Below are positions 24,996 through 36,600 of a stretch of DNA of 64,000 nt, one piece after another. The notes beneath the pieces are model-generated. The model was given only the letters and a program-made list of their open reading frames with translations, did no database searches and had not been told where the DNA came from. The stretch is taken from assembly GCA_030141605.1 (NCBI GenBank), contig JAQGDQ010000585.1, positions 25,310 through 89,309 on the forward strand. Reading direction: 5' to 3'. How positions within the stretch are numbered: position 1 is the first letter of the stretch; each line of letters opens with the position of its first letter. This DNA comes from Tubiluchus corallicola. Lineage: Eukaryota; Animalia; Priapulida. Both the position numbers and the translations under genes were made by a program.

Positions 24996-25440
24996 TCAAA
25001 GCTTCGCGAAGCGGCTCAGTGAATCTAATAAGATAGCCAACAAAGTGACTTCCATAGCCTCATAGTAATATAACAAATCTCCTTCCGGTCTCTCCGGCAA
25101 AGATAAAGTACTCGGTAATGCCTTTTGAATCTCGTACAGTGTATCGCGCAACTGTGCAGGTCCCAATAATAGAGGCGACATCGTACCTAACAATAGGGTG
25201 GACAACATGTCTGTAATCTTGTGTACATTGTCCGTCAGCCTCCGCATAGTATTCTAGATACGCTGCATCAGTGCCATAATTTCTGTTAACACTACCATCT
25301 CATGAGTCATGATCTGTGCGTGGTATGCAAATTCCACCTTAAGATCTGCTAAATTATATTTTAATTTGGCTGTGTCGTTCTGCAGAAACGAAATATGCCT
25401 ATTAATTACTTATGTTAAGGCACTTTCCTCCCCATAGAGT
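24996..25440 (-). pseudogene. Degenerate envelope (env/F-like) glycoprotein fragment of an LTR retroelement
   Basis: LSTLLLGTMSPLLLGPAQLRDTLYEIQKALPSTLSLPERPEGDLLYYYEAMEV fits the S-P-x-L-L-x-P-xx-L-xxx-L-xx-I-xxx-LP-xx-L-x-LP...L-xx-YY pattern recalled from invertebrate Gypsy env-like proteins. The upstream heptad-like stretch (INRHISFLQNDTAKLKYNLADLKVEF) is interrupted by stops and a frameshift. Confidence 0.6.
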
Positions 25441-27739
25441 GGCCCTAACTACTTTTTTATAAAACAATTTATTTCGCTGCGCTTATGCGAATTTAGTTCC
25501 TGGTGTAATAGTAGGCCGGGCATATCAAGAGTTTTGAACTACATTAATCCGCGAGTGTACAGCGCAAGTTACAACCTTTCCTCTTACATAATTTGTGTTT
25601 AGCTACTGTGCGTTGAAATTGCGTACTCTTTTCCTTTAATTTCTTCAATTTCTTCATTCTGTCGCACTTGCAGTTCGAATACTACCAGTAAGGTATCGCT
25701 CGAGACCTATGCTTGGTAGCAAACTGTGTCTCCTTTTCACCAGTGGGCGCCCTTGGTGGGTGAGCTTTACCTCTGGCAGTATTTTACTTTAATATGGGTC
25801 GAGTTCCAATTGTCCGCACTGTTTTTCCTTTTAAAATTTCTTTTTATCTCTTGTTTACCCCCAGTAAACAATTTCTCGAGTTCTCTTATCACGACCTAGC
25901 TATTGATTTTCCAATTACCTGTCTCGCTCTAATAGATCCGGGTTAGAGCGAACAGGCTCCAGCCACCTACAGTTCCCACTTTCTCTTTCGTTTGGGTTGC
26001 TATCCCTTACTGTTCTCTCTGATTCTTATCACGTAGCGCTTTCACTTTCTTTAGGGTTACTTTCACTTTCGCACAAGTAATTACTTGCGGTGATATACTA
26101 GTTGCTTCGTTTTAAGCTTCTTTATTTAATTCCTACGCTAAAGTTCTTACAAGCTCTGTAATTTCTCATTAATTTCCGTACACAGTTTTCTTAATATTTT
26201 CCTATGAGAACATTGACGTTTTCTCATTGAATGTACGTTTTATGAGGTCCAAGCTGCGAAAATAGCTCACTTATTGTGAATACAACGACACAGCGTCCCA
26301 TGTCATGATATACGTGCTTCACTCCTACAAAGGGATACAAATACGCCATAAAGAACGATTAGCTCTTCTGCAAATATCATAGCTATACACTGGAATTGAA
26401 CATACGTATGGTAATTATATCTATATACACTCTATGATAACTGAACCTCACGTACTCCCACCAAAATTTCAATTGAAATTTCATAAGCTACAATGGTAAA
26501 GCTCTGCTCACTTGATTCACATGTTATCTCTGTAATGGAGAGGGTTCAATAGTAAAGCTTGACCACAATTTTTCACAAGCCATCTCTAAAGTGGAGCGGT
26601 TTCTGGAACACGCATCTAGAACGCCTTGTGACCAACTGTTTGAAGGACTGAACGGCAAGTGTACCAGGGGTTTCACTTACTGAAGATGAATTCACCATCT
26701 AAGACTGTACAGCTTCCTTGTTAGCTAATCAGCGAAAGGGAACAGACTTTCTTGTGGGGAGCTTATTTCCAAAGGACACGGCAAAGAGGTTATTCCGCCT
26801 ACCTTTTAGCTTTTTGCAAAATCTCGAATGCTAACATTTAGGAAGATGGCATTGTGTGGTGCTGAATATGAATTTGACATTAGCTTTTTTCCTGCAAATG
26901 GGTCCAAATAGGCAGGACAACAATTTTAAGGTTTTTGGACCCAAAAGCAGGACACACCCTTACAATTAATTGAATAATTCTGAAAATTATACGAAAGGTG
27001 TGAGCATTTTGATTGCTCCGGTAAAGCGATAGACTGACAGGTTTAGTTTGTTGCTCAATATAAAATTACAGTATAGCACATGTAACTGTGACTGAGATTT
27101 ACTACCTATTATCTATGACTTGTCCTTCCCTATATTTTAAATGGGATTGTGCATTTGCACAGTAGTGCGAACAATCCGAAATTTTCTGGTTCTTGGGATT
27201 ATCTATTAATAAGCCCAGAGTGACATGTGATGAAATTTATACTTTCATAATAAGCAGTCATTACCAATTATAGTACAAAGTGTGTTACAATCGAGGATAT
27301 CTGATTTAGCCTGTTTCTATTGGAACGCCACTGTTGGACATTAAAATTTTTCTCAAGACTGTATATAAACTTGCATTTGTATGATTTGAGAGTTTAGATT
27401 TTTAACTGCACAAGTGATTGTAGAAAGGTTATAACAAGGTAAGTATAGAATAATTATAATTGCAAAAACCCTTCAGGCCACTAGTTGTGTAAGATATTTA
27501 TTGTGAACTTATTGTAAGTAATGTGAGGCAATTAAGTAAATGACATAAATAATTATTTAAGAAAGATGAACAAATTTTATCACTGTACTAAGTCATGTTT
27601 TATAACATCTGTATATTATCCAAAAAAGTGTTATAAAGTGTAAAAAACAATTATTTAATGTGAAGTATTTTAACTTAAAAACTGTAAAAGAAAAAGACAA
27701 GATGCAAGACTTTAAATACAATTACTTTTGCTTAATCAT

Positions 27740-28708
27740 CTATAACCATTGCATTGAAAGATACCCAACATGTAAAACTGTAATTACATAAATTTTCATT
27801 CTTATGGCGTACAGTGGAGCTGTGTTACGCACAGTGTCAGAGATAAGGTTGCCCTCAGGAACGTAAAAATACATCGTATATAAAATCCAATCCAAATAGT
27901 TAGAAATTTTTGTGGCAGTAGTCACTGTCTTGGTCTTGGTACCAACTACGGTTCTCATAACACCAATTGTCTCTCCAGTATTTTTTAACACCATAGGTCC
28001 CCCTGAGTCACCCTCTCCACCGCTACGAGCTGGATGATACGCGCAGATAATAGTATCTTTTTTATAAATACCACAATTACCGACATGGGCTACGGTTAAT
28101 TCAGCTTTTTGTAATCGGTCATGTATGCGCGGTGGTAATCCTTCAATCTCAAGACTTCCCCAACCAGCGATTAAGACTTTTTCATTAGCATAATCATGTC
28201 TGTAACAAAGGGGCAGTTTAGCAGGCCGGACATCGTTTTTGGTTCCTGTAATAATGGTATACTCAACACGTTTGTTCATTCGCAGAAGAGCAATATCATT
28301 TTCCACCTTTTTTCCGAATTTATAATCAGGATGCAACTTGTACCACCTAACCCACCGAACTATAGGTGACTCCCACAGATTATTATCTCCAATATAGACT
28401 TTTAGATGTTCTCCAGGTTCATAAAATTTTACAGGTTTGTCTTTTTCTCTCAAACAGTGGGCTGCTGTTAAAACCCAGAGATTATCGATGAGAGTTCCCC
28501 CACAACTGTAATCACCAAAAATTAAAAATACTATTTGGGGAAATTCTCTTTCAAATATTTCTTCTCCCCCGCGAATCCTTGGCTCAGCAGCCTGTTCTGT
28601 AATATTATACAATGAACTTCCAGTAGACGTAGAAGGGGGCGATGTAGAAAGACCAGCAACAAACCAGAGCCATGTGTTACACACTAACACAAGCGCTACC
28701 ACATCCAT
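27740..28708 (-). CDS. S1 serine protease, intronless, copy 2 (322 aa)
   Basis: Paralog of 22082-23068 with an intact His/Asp/Ser triad and R|IRGG site. Confidence 0.95.
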   Translation of the reverse strand: MDVVALVLVCNTWLWFVAGLSTSPPSTSTGSSLYNITEQAAEPRIRGGEEIFEREFPQIVFLIFGDYSCGGTLIDNLWVLTAAHCLREKDKPVKFYEPGEHLKVYIGDNNLWESPIVRWVRWYKLHPDYKFGKKVENDIALLRMNKRVEYTIITGTKNDVRPAKLPLCYRHDYANEKVLIAGWGSLEIEGLPPRIHDRLQKAELTVAHVGNCGIYKKDTIICAYHPARSGGEGDSGGPMVLKNTGETIGVMRTVVGTKTKTVTTATKISNYLDWILYTMYFYVPEGNLISDTVRNTAPLYAIRMKIYVITVLHVGYLSMQWL

Positions 28709-29469
28709 TTTGTCTTCTAGTTCGAATTACAGTACGGGGGGGGGGGGGATACAAAAGTTATCATTGAGGAACATTTAGGAGGAGTAAATGCATAAATTCA
28801 ATGTACATCACTTGTCTTCAATTCTTGTTTTCAAACTTGTAGAAACATTCAGAAGTAATACATGAGTGTCACAGCTATAAAATTTTCATACTTGAGTAAT
28901 CACAATCTAATGCAAATATGAAGATGATATTAACTTTTACATTTGAAACACTTTCGTACAGATCTAGAAACAAAAAAAACCTTTGTAGAGTTTCCTGCTT
29001 TACAATTTTTGTGCTAAATGGCTACACTGTTAGAGAACGTTCAGAGATTAAAAAATTTAGAATATTTTCCAAAATCTTGTACAATGAAATTAGATGAGGA
29101 CAATGAGCCAGACGTTGACATGAAGCTGAAACCGCCAAATGCTGAAACAATTGCTCAATGGAACATTCTTTTCTCTACTTAATAATCTGTGCAAAATTTT
29201 AGACGAGAACTTAAGCTATAGGATATTCTAGTGACTATACCGTGGCGATGACTCGACACAACAAAACAGTTCTTAGACAAAATTATTAGCAATTGCCGTA
29301 GCACTGTATTTAGTCAAATAAACATTTATACACTTCTATTGTACAGATATGACCGAAATGAAAACATTATTCCACACAAAGTCTTTCTCGCCATGTCGGC
29401 ACTACTCTTACTAAAAAAAACTGACAAATTTACATACTAGCAAAAAGTTCCATATGTGACCATTTCAGA

Positions 29470-30200
29470 TAGAGTGACGACAGGCATTCATTATACCAAT
29501 GACAACATAACTACCGTGCAACCAACTGACAATGATGAAAACGAAACGTAAAAGGAACGACTGACTGATCAACCAGCGGACTACACAAATGCGATCCAAC
29601 TAACAAAAAGTCAATTGGGTTAAAGGGGCGAGTACATCAGGCTGATGCAAAACAAAGGTACTTGGACCACAATTGACAACATACTCAAGTTCTGGGACAA
29701 CAGTAACCAACTCCTACATGTTAAGGGAGGTGTGATGCAATGTTTTTCAAAGTGACACCTTTACAGTTTTAGCTAAACGCTCCCACCAACCACCCCAGGA
29801 AGGTGAGTGCTCAGGAATGGTTCTCCAATGAATCGAAACAAGACTTGACAACTTTCGAAAGAACTGAGCGTTGTCACTGTAAAGACAACTAGGACTACCT
29901 TCGTGACTAACAAATCTATAAAACGATAACTCAGAAAAAACAGTACCTGAATCTCCTACAATTTCCAAATGCACTGGTCATACACTAGCACACATAAAAA
30001 GCAGGAAGTATGCTTTCTGACCGGACTTTAAAAAAGAGAACCTGCATGGTCCAACCCCATGTGTGTAAGGGGGTGCGACATATCACAATGAAAATCTGAC
30101 AAAGTATCTTCCTCTTGAGCAACCGGGATATACATGGAGCAGAAGTTTGTATGTCACACCTGCTATTCCCCATCCTATGTGAGGAGTGGCATGTTCAGCA
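29470..30200 (-). mobile_element. BEL/Pao integrase relic (copy 2)
   Basis: Near-identical to 23815-24503; ORF 29747-29974 has the same protein sequence as 24090-24317. Confidence 0.9.
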
Positions 30201-31202
30201 GTGATGAAGACTAAATGAACCAGTTTGGAAAGTAACAATGCTAAGGTATTTTGTCATTACTGCTTAATGCTCAGTGATTGTAGCTTCCACAGCAAGTTTT
30301 GCACTGTGGCTAACATACTATGAAGTTTATAACTGCTTCCGTATTGTAAAATAATCACTTGAAAAAAACTAATACTGTACCACATTAAACATAGTGACAT
30401 TGTCAAAAGCAGGAAATTTAATTTTTCTGATAAGATCATTATTGTTTCCTATTTGCCTGATTTGCTATAAACAGAATTACAATTTTCTGACTTTGATCAT
30501 TTTAGGTCCACATAGCAGCAGCAGTCAGAAAATTTCAACTACAAGATCAAACTACAGACTGACTTCAATATAGGATGACAGCAGCACAAATTTTATTTTT
30601 TTGTCGCCGAATGTCATTGTTAACTCTGTCGTACATTTTACTATCCAAAATGGTCAAAACGTGGAGACAACTGCTTTCCAGTTGCAAAATGAACTGTCTG
30701 TGCATGCTAGCCAGAAGGTACGATTGCTTCCTGGTTTAAAATAAGACCAGTGATGCAAACAACCTGAACTGCCATTTCAAATTAATTAAGAGAAACTAAT
30801 TAATGTAAAAGCTGTTCGCACAATATATTATATTACTAATATTATGAATTCATCTGATTCCAAGAAAGAAATATTAAAATTAGAAGCACTCAAAAAAGTG
30901 ACTGACCACTGGACATGAAGTGTAACTGCTGTGAGTTTACCATGGTGCCAGGGCGCACCAAAATTTCAACTGTGTGTGCGCACTCACATTGTTTGCAGGT
31001 TGGTGACTCACTCGGCGCTGAGGTTAGAGAGTAATCACACGCACTCACGCCAGGTCAGGGTCTCCGAGACATACAAAGTTATTAAGTTTTATTTGCTTTC
31101 TGTGAAATTAATTTATTTGAGTGACATAATAAACGTTTTGTTTGTTATTCAATAAGTTCTATGTGTCTATTGTTGACCAGCGGTGAATGTTAACTCCAAA
31201 TA

Positions 31203-31594
31203 CCGTATTTTCCCGTGTATAAGAGACCCTTTTTTGCTCAGAATTTTCACTTTAAAAATAGGGGGTCTCTTATACATGGGAGTAAGTCCAGAATGGAATG
31301 GTGTAAAGCCAGAGGTCATTATTAAATCTTTCAAGAAGTGTGGCATCTCCAATGCCATGGACGGCACAGAGGACAATGCCATTTTTGAGCACAGTGACTC
31401 CTCTGATGATGAACTGGCTGGAATTGCTGAAGGTCTGACTCCAGTTGATATTTTTGATGAGAGTGATGAGGAATTTAATGATTTCTATGATGAATAAAGT
31501 TATTCATTACCAAAAAACTTTTTTCCAGAATTTTTGCCTAAAAATTGAAGGGGTCTCTTATACACAAGGGTCTCTTATACATGGGAAAATACGG
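31203..31594 (+). mobile_element. Internally deleted pogo/Tigger-family (Tc1/mariner superfamily) transposon
   Basis: TA|CCGTATTTTCCCGTGTATAAGAGACCC...GGGTCTCTTATACATGGGAAAATACGG|TA inverted termini with TA target duplication. It retains the transposase C-terminus WNGVKPEVIIKSFKKCGISNAMDGTED plus an acidic tail. Confidence 0.92.
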
Positions 31595-32066
31595 TAAACG
31601 TCATGCGTCAACTGACTGAAAAGCAGCCACATAAAGATTTTCATTTTTTGCGTAAAATGCAAATTCTATTTGAAGTCTCCTCTATTAGTCTCCTCTTCTC
31701 TTGTAAATCACTGTTTTTATTTTCACTGTTCATTTCGTCATAATCTCCCAATGTCGCCAGTATATTTATTGTTCACATAATCTACACTGTTTTGTTCTGT
31801 ATTTTAAGATATGTTGCATAAACCTAATAAAATAACCTACTGTTATTGCATCAACACCAGACAGCCTGATAAGGTATTGACATGCTTTCTGCTACACATT
31901 GGAGCAGACTTCAGGAATTACATATGATGAAATGGCTATAAAACATGGTACTGTCTTTTCCAAACTAACGGAAAGGCTTAGGAATTTCAAGTTGTGTCAT
32001 TTGTACTGTGTCGCTACCAGAACTTGATCTCGTTATCCAAGGATACTCCTCTAAGATAAGACACTA

Positions 32067-32230
32067 AAATGTCTTGACCAAATTCGCATACAGTATCTTG
32101 ACCAAATTCGCATACAGTGTCTTGACCACATTTGGATAGAGTGTCTTGGCCACATTCGGATACAGTGTCTTGGCCACATTCGCATACAGTGTCTTTGCCA
32201 CATTCGCACACAGTGTTTTGGCCACATTCT
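32067..32230. repeat. 24-bp minisatellite, about 7 units
   Basis: Unit cacattcgcatacagtgtcttggc. It explains ORFs 32014-32251. Confidence 0.9.
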
Positions 32231-32289
32231 CATAAATCGAACCTGAAACATTTTATTGGCACATAATATACATTTTGCTTCACTGGTAT

Positions 32290-32661
32290 AACATTTATAA
32301 AAGAGTTGCTGTTTTTTTTAGTCTCGCTTTTTGAATATTACGTCCTGTATGTAATTATGTAACTATGCATCCACTTTGCTAATCACGTGGCCACCAGATG
32401 GAGCCACATGATTCCGTTAGCTGTGTGTCATGGCATCTTACAGTCGAGGCTGTTGATTAAAAATATTCTAATCTCAACATTTATAAAAGAGTTGCTGGTT
32501 TTTTAGTCTCGCTTTTTAAATATTATGTCCTGTATGTGATTATGTAACTATGCATCCACTTTGCTAATCACGTGGCCACCAGATGGAGCCACCTGATTCC
32601 GTTAGCTGTGTGTCATGGCCTCTTACAGTCGAGGCTGTTGATTAAAAATATTCTAATCTCA
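32290..32661. repeat. Local tandem duplication (about 186-bp unit, 2 copies)
   Basis: aacatttataaaagagttgctg...ttaaaaatattctaatctca occurs at about 32290 and 32476. Confidence 0.92.
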
Positions 32662-33656
32662 CTAATTATCAACCGTTTAAAGTACTTTTATAAGTTTTTG
32701 TGGCTGTTTCTTGTACTATCATTAGTTTTTCAAAATTTCATTCATTTCGTTCCTGAATTATTGCAAATGTCTAAAATTTCGGTCTTTCCATTCGTGTATT
32801 GAATATCAGTCGTCCATGAAGTGTGTGCCAAACGGTGATGCAAGTACTATCCTCTTCATTTTTCGATTATAGTTTGTTGGGTAAGGTACCAACTTATATT
32901 ATTGTTCTTCTACATAATTATCGTTCCTAGAGCATTTCTGTGTATCCCTAGTCCAATAATTACTATGTGCAATTCAGTATGACTCATACTAGTGTTACCA
33001 CATTTACAATTTGTTTTTTGTGTTATTTTATCCTAATTGCATTTAAGTATTTGAGAACTTCACTCAGATAGTAATTTTAGTTTTGAGGAATGAATGATTT
33101 CTTTGATGGTTCAAAGTTATAGTTCAAGATGTAAAGAATGTTAGCATAAAAATTCCATTGCTACCTAATAGACGTAAAAGTCAATTAGCTGGTTTAAAGC
33201 ATAACTGGCATTCAATAATGTGTAAAGTGAATTTGCACTTTTAAAGCCCAGACTATATAGTTATCTCAATAATTTCTTTTTGTGTGGAAGCCAAGTCGGG
33301 CTTAAAGAACTGTTAAATATATTTAGTTCTATATTCTCCGAAAAGGGGGAGATGTTGCGTGTAATCACGCATATCTGTGAAGGCTAATAAAAAGAAACGA
33401 TTTCGTGTCTTGTGTTTAAGAGTCGCCATAATTGTCTCTTTATTATTATGTTGTCTTTTTATTATTACCACTTAACAGTTTGTGTTGTTTCACATGAGAT
33501 TTAACTAGGTCTCCCTTTCTGCTTTTCCAGTCAGGCAAACAAACCACATTGTTGTCAAATTATCTTGAACTGTATATTGTCAAACTTTAACCTTACAAAA
33601 AATAGCCTTAACTTACTGTGGTTGCAGAAAACATCTGTTAGCAAAATCAAAAGTAT

Positions 33657-36600
33657 CTAAAAGCGGTCTTTTCTCTTCCGTCCTGTGAACTTCGAGTCAG
33701 GCCTGGTTTCCCTGAAATTAAGGAAAAACATAACAAACAATAGCAAAAATCAAAAAAATCCTCTGCAACTTCAACTTATTCTACTTTAATTTTTATTCTA
33801 CATGAAACAATTTATTTAGATCGCAAATGTAGTCCCCGCAAAATCAAACTTGATGAAAACATTTTGATCATAGAGCAAAATCTAATTATTTATATGAAAT
33901 GCATACAAGACAAGAAAGCATAAATTTGTCCATGTTTCTCTTAATAGCAAACTTTCAGAGTTTAAAAACATCGAAAAAGATTTGTTTTCAACATATTTGC
34001 TTAAATTTCATAAAAAAACAGGCTATAATTTATACAGACTATAGTTATAAAAGCATGTACGTGTGATGTTTAAACATATATCACTTCGACAAGCATGAAC
34101 AATAGCTAAACTTCTAGAATAAAAGAAGACTAACTGCGCGTTCACCCTATCAAATCTTCTCACCAGGTAACTCGTCAAGTAGCTCGCAAACGTCTTCAGA
34201 CCAGACTGTAAAACTTGCTGCAAGTTACTCACCGACAGTAAGGGCGAGCTGTCACTTACTTCTCTATTCACCCTGAGAAGTGTCGAGAGTAACTCGCGGA
34301 AACGTTCACACTAGACAGTAACTCACAGGCAATCAACTTGCAGCAACTAGCGAAAAATTTGCAATAACTTGCTGACAGAAAGCAGTTCACACTTGCAAGC
34401 TTGATGTCAGAGAGAAAACTCTCAACAGAAAAGTTGCTAATTTGAATGTGACGGAATAGCAGATAATTTGCTAATTTATCAATGAATAGTGAATGAAAAT
34501 TTGAGAAATGTTACCGACCTTCACACAACTAAACCCTAACAAAAAAAATAACACAGTCAAAACAGTTTTGTTATTTTCTTAAAAAACACAGGCTATCTAT
34601 TGGAATCCTGTTTTACCTGTGAGCTTTTTCACTTTTTACGAAAGACACAAGCAGAAATATCAATTTTTTGCTGATAATTTTAATACGCATGGCCACATTG
34701 GTAAAATTATGCAACACGACATTTAATAAAAGTGTAAAAGGGTAAACCATACCTTCCCTGTCGTCTCCGTCTCTCCTTTTTCTCTAATATCCAGTCTCTG
34801 CTCTTCTTTAACGGTTTTCCCCTGGCTTTTTTAATGCGATCCCTAAACATAAAATGCCACATTACATATGATGCAGTAGTGGTTATACACTGTTCCTATT
34901 TAAAAGTGCAGTCTCCAAGAGGTTTGACCCTTTTCTATTATCAGAGTCCATTCAAACTGATAGCACGAAGTAGGTGAGTGAAAAATGTTACCTAGTTTCT
35001 GTATAGGTCACTTGTCCTGAGCTTTCAGTTCCCAGAGCCTTCGGCAAAGTCTGCTGACCACAAGTCATCAGAACAAGAAACATTCTAAGCAAATAAAAAA
35101 CAGACGGTAACATACCCAGAGACTGTAAAATATCAACAATTCCGTATTGACGTTTGAATTATTTGGCACTGCGAAAATAATGTCTAGCTCATCTTTCAAA
35201 ATTGACCTAATCTTTGCCGTGTTATGCTCAGAAAATTTACATCGTGATCCACGCCTGAAGTGATAATAGATTATAGCAGGGGTGTGCAAAAGGCCACTTG
35301 CGGCCCGCGAAGAGATTTGTCAACCTAATGAAAGTGCAGCCCGGGCGATTATCCAGCTGAAGTCCGTGCCACGATCCCAAAGATAGTGCAGGTAGTTTTT
35401 TCTACTAGATCGGATGCCATTAACCCTTACAAGACGGTTGTAGCTTAATAACACTGTACTACACAGACTGTGTGATACACATTACTAATATGCATTGTAA
35501 TGAAATTACCACTATCTGTCCTGAAAATAGAAATATATGGTTTGTAATATAAATTTTAATAACTTCTAAAATAGTTTCTTGAGTGTAGTAGTAATAATGT
35601 ACGCAGGTCGGATGCAAAAAAAAATCGTTATTAGGCCTTTCTGGACTTGGCTCCTTGATCAAACTGCCTGTGGCCCGCAGGAGTTGCGGGAAAGTTTAAT
35701 GTGGCCCGGCAGGTCATATAATTTTCACACCCCTGGATTATAGACACCCTTAGTTTTCAGATATCTGTGAACTTTCACTAGCTAAAAGCATTGCTTGGAG
35801 CAGCTAATCCACAGGAAAAGATTAAACAAACATTTGAACCATTTAAGCTGTCTTCATGCCAAAAATAGCTTTTTAATGAGTGTACATAAGTAACTCTGTC
35901 AAGTTTCAATAGTACAATTAATTAAAGACATCATAATGCCACTCATGTACAGTAATAAAGCATCCAATGTGAGTCAAAAATTCATTCACATTAAAAAGAC
36001 AGAAATTTGAAAAAACCAAGAACGTATGAGTAGGTCTTTATCAAGATCACAAAAATGCATTCACTGCATGATGTGAAATAAGCAATTTGATCATTTTTTT
36101 AAAAACAACATTATTTCGCAGATTGGTAACAATCTTTGAGCTTTAAGCATCAAACTTAGTTTTGATTCTTACCATAATTAATCTTTGCAGCACACAGTCT
36201 TGTGAAATACGCAAACTGATAAACTCTTTCAAAGTTCAAACTAGATACAACTATAAACCATGGCAAGTTGATGATGTGTACAAGTACACACCCTCGAAAA
36301 AAGATTTGTGCAACTTGCGGACTATCACTGCAAAGTTTAATTAAATAAAGAAAATACCTACTTTTTTGCTTTGCTGCTATTTGGGTAGTCGATGACCAAA
36401 CCTCCAGAGAAACCTGCCTTCATAGCCTGCTGTGTAATCAGCTCCACCTGTTGGCCATTTTCTGGATAAAATTGAAAGACAGCCCTTGCTCTACTGCTCC
36501 TTGACTGGAAAACACGTTCAATTTTATACTTTCCATTGTGTATCAACCACATTTGTGTTTGACAATAAGCTGTATTAATCTGTCTCATCTGTGAGATACA

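Larger units (their letters stand above)
20685..30164. repeat. Tandem segmental duplication: unit 1 20685-24503, unit 2 24504-30160 (unit 2 has an extra segment of about 1.84 kb, 24892-26733)
   Basis: Near-identical blocks: 20720-21094 = 24519-24891; 21093-21545 = 26734-27185; 21835-24507 = about 27437-30164. TGCT microhomology occurs at 20685, 24504 and 30161. Confidence 0.92.

Noticed and set aside
31183-31497. 104-aa ORF as a host gene
   Set aside because: It is the TIR plus C-terminal remnant of a pogo transposase.
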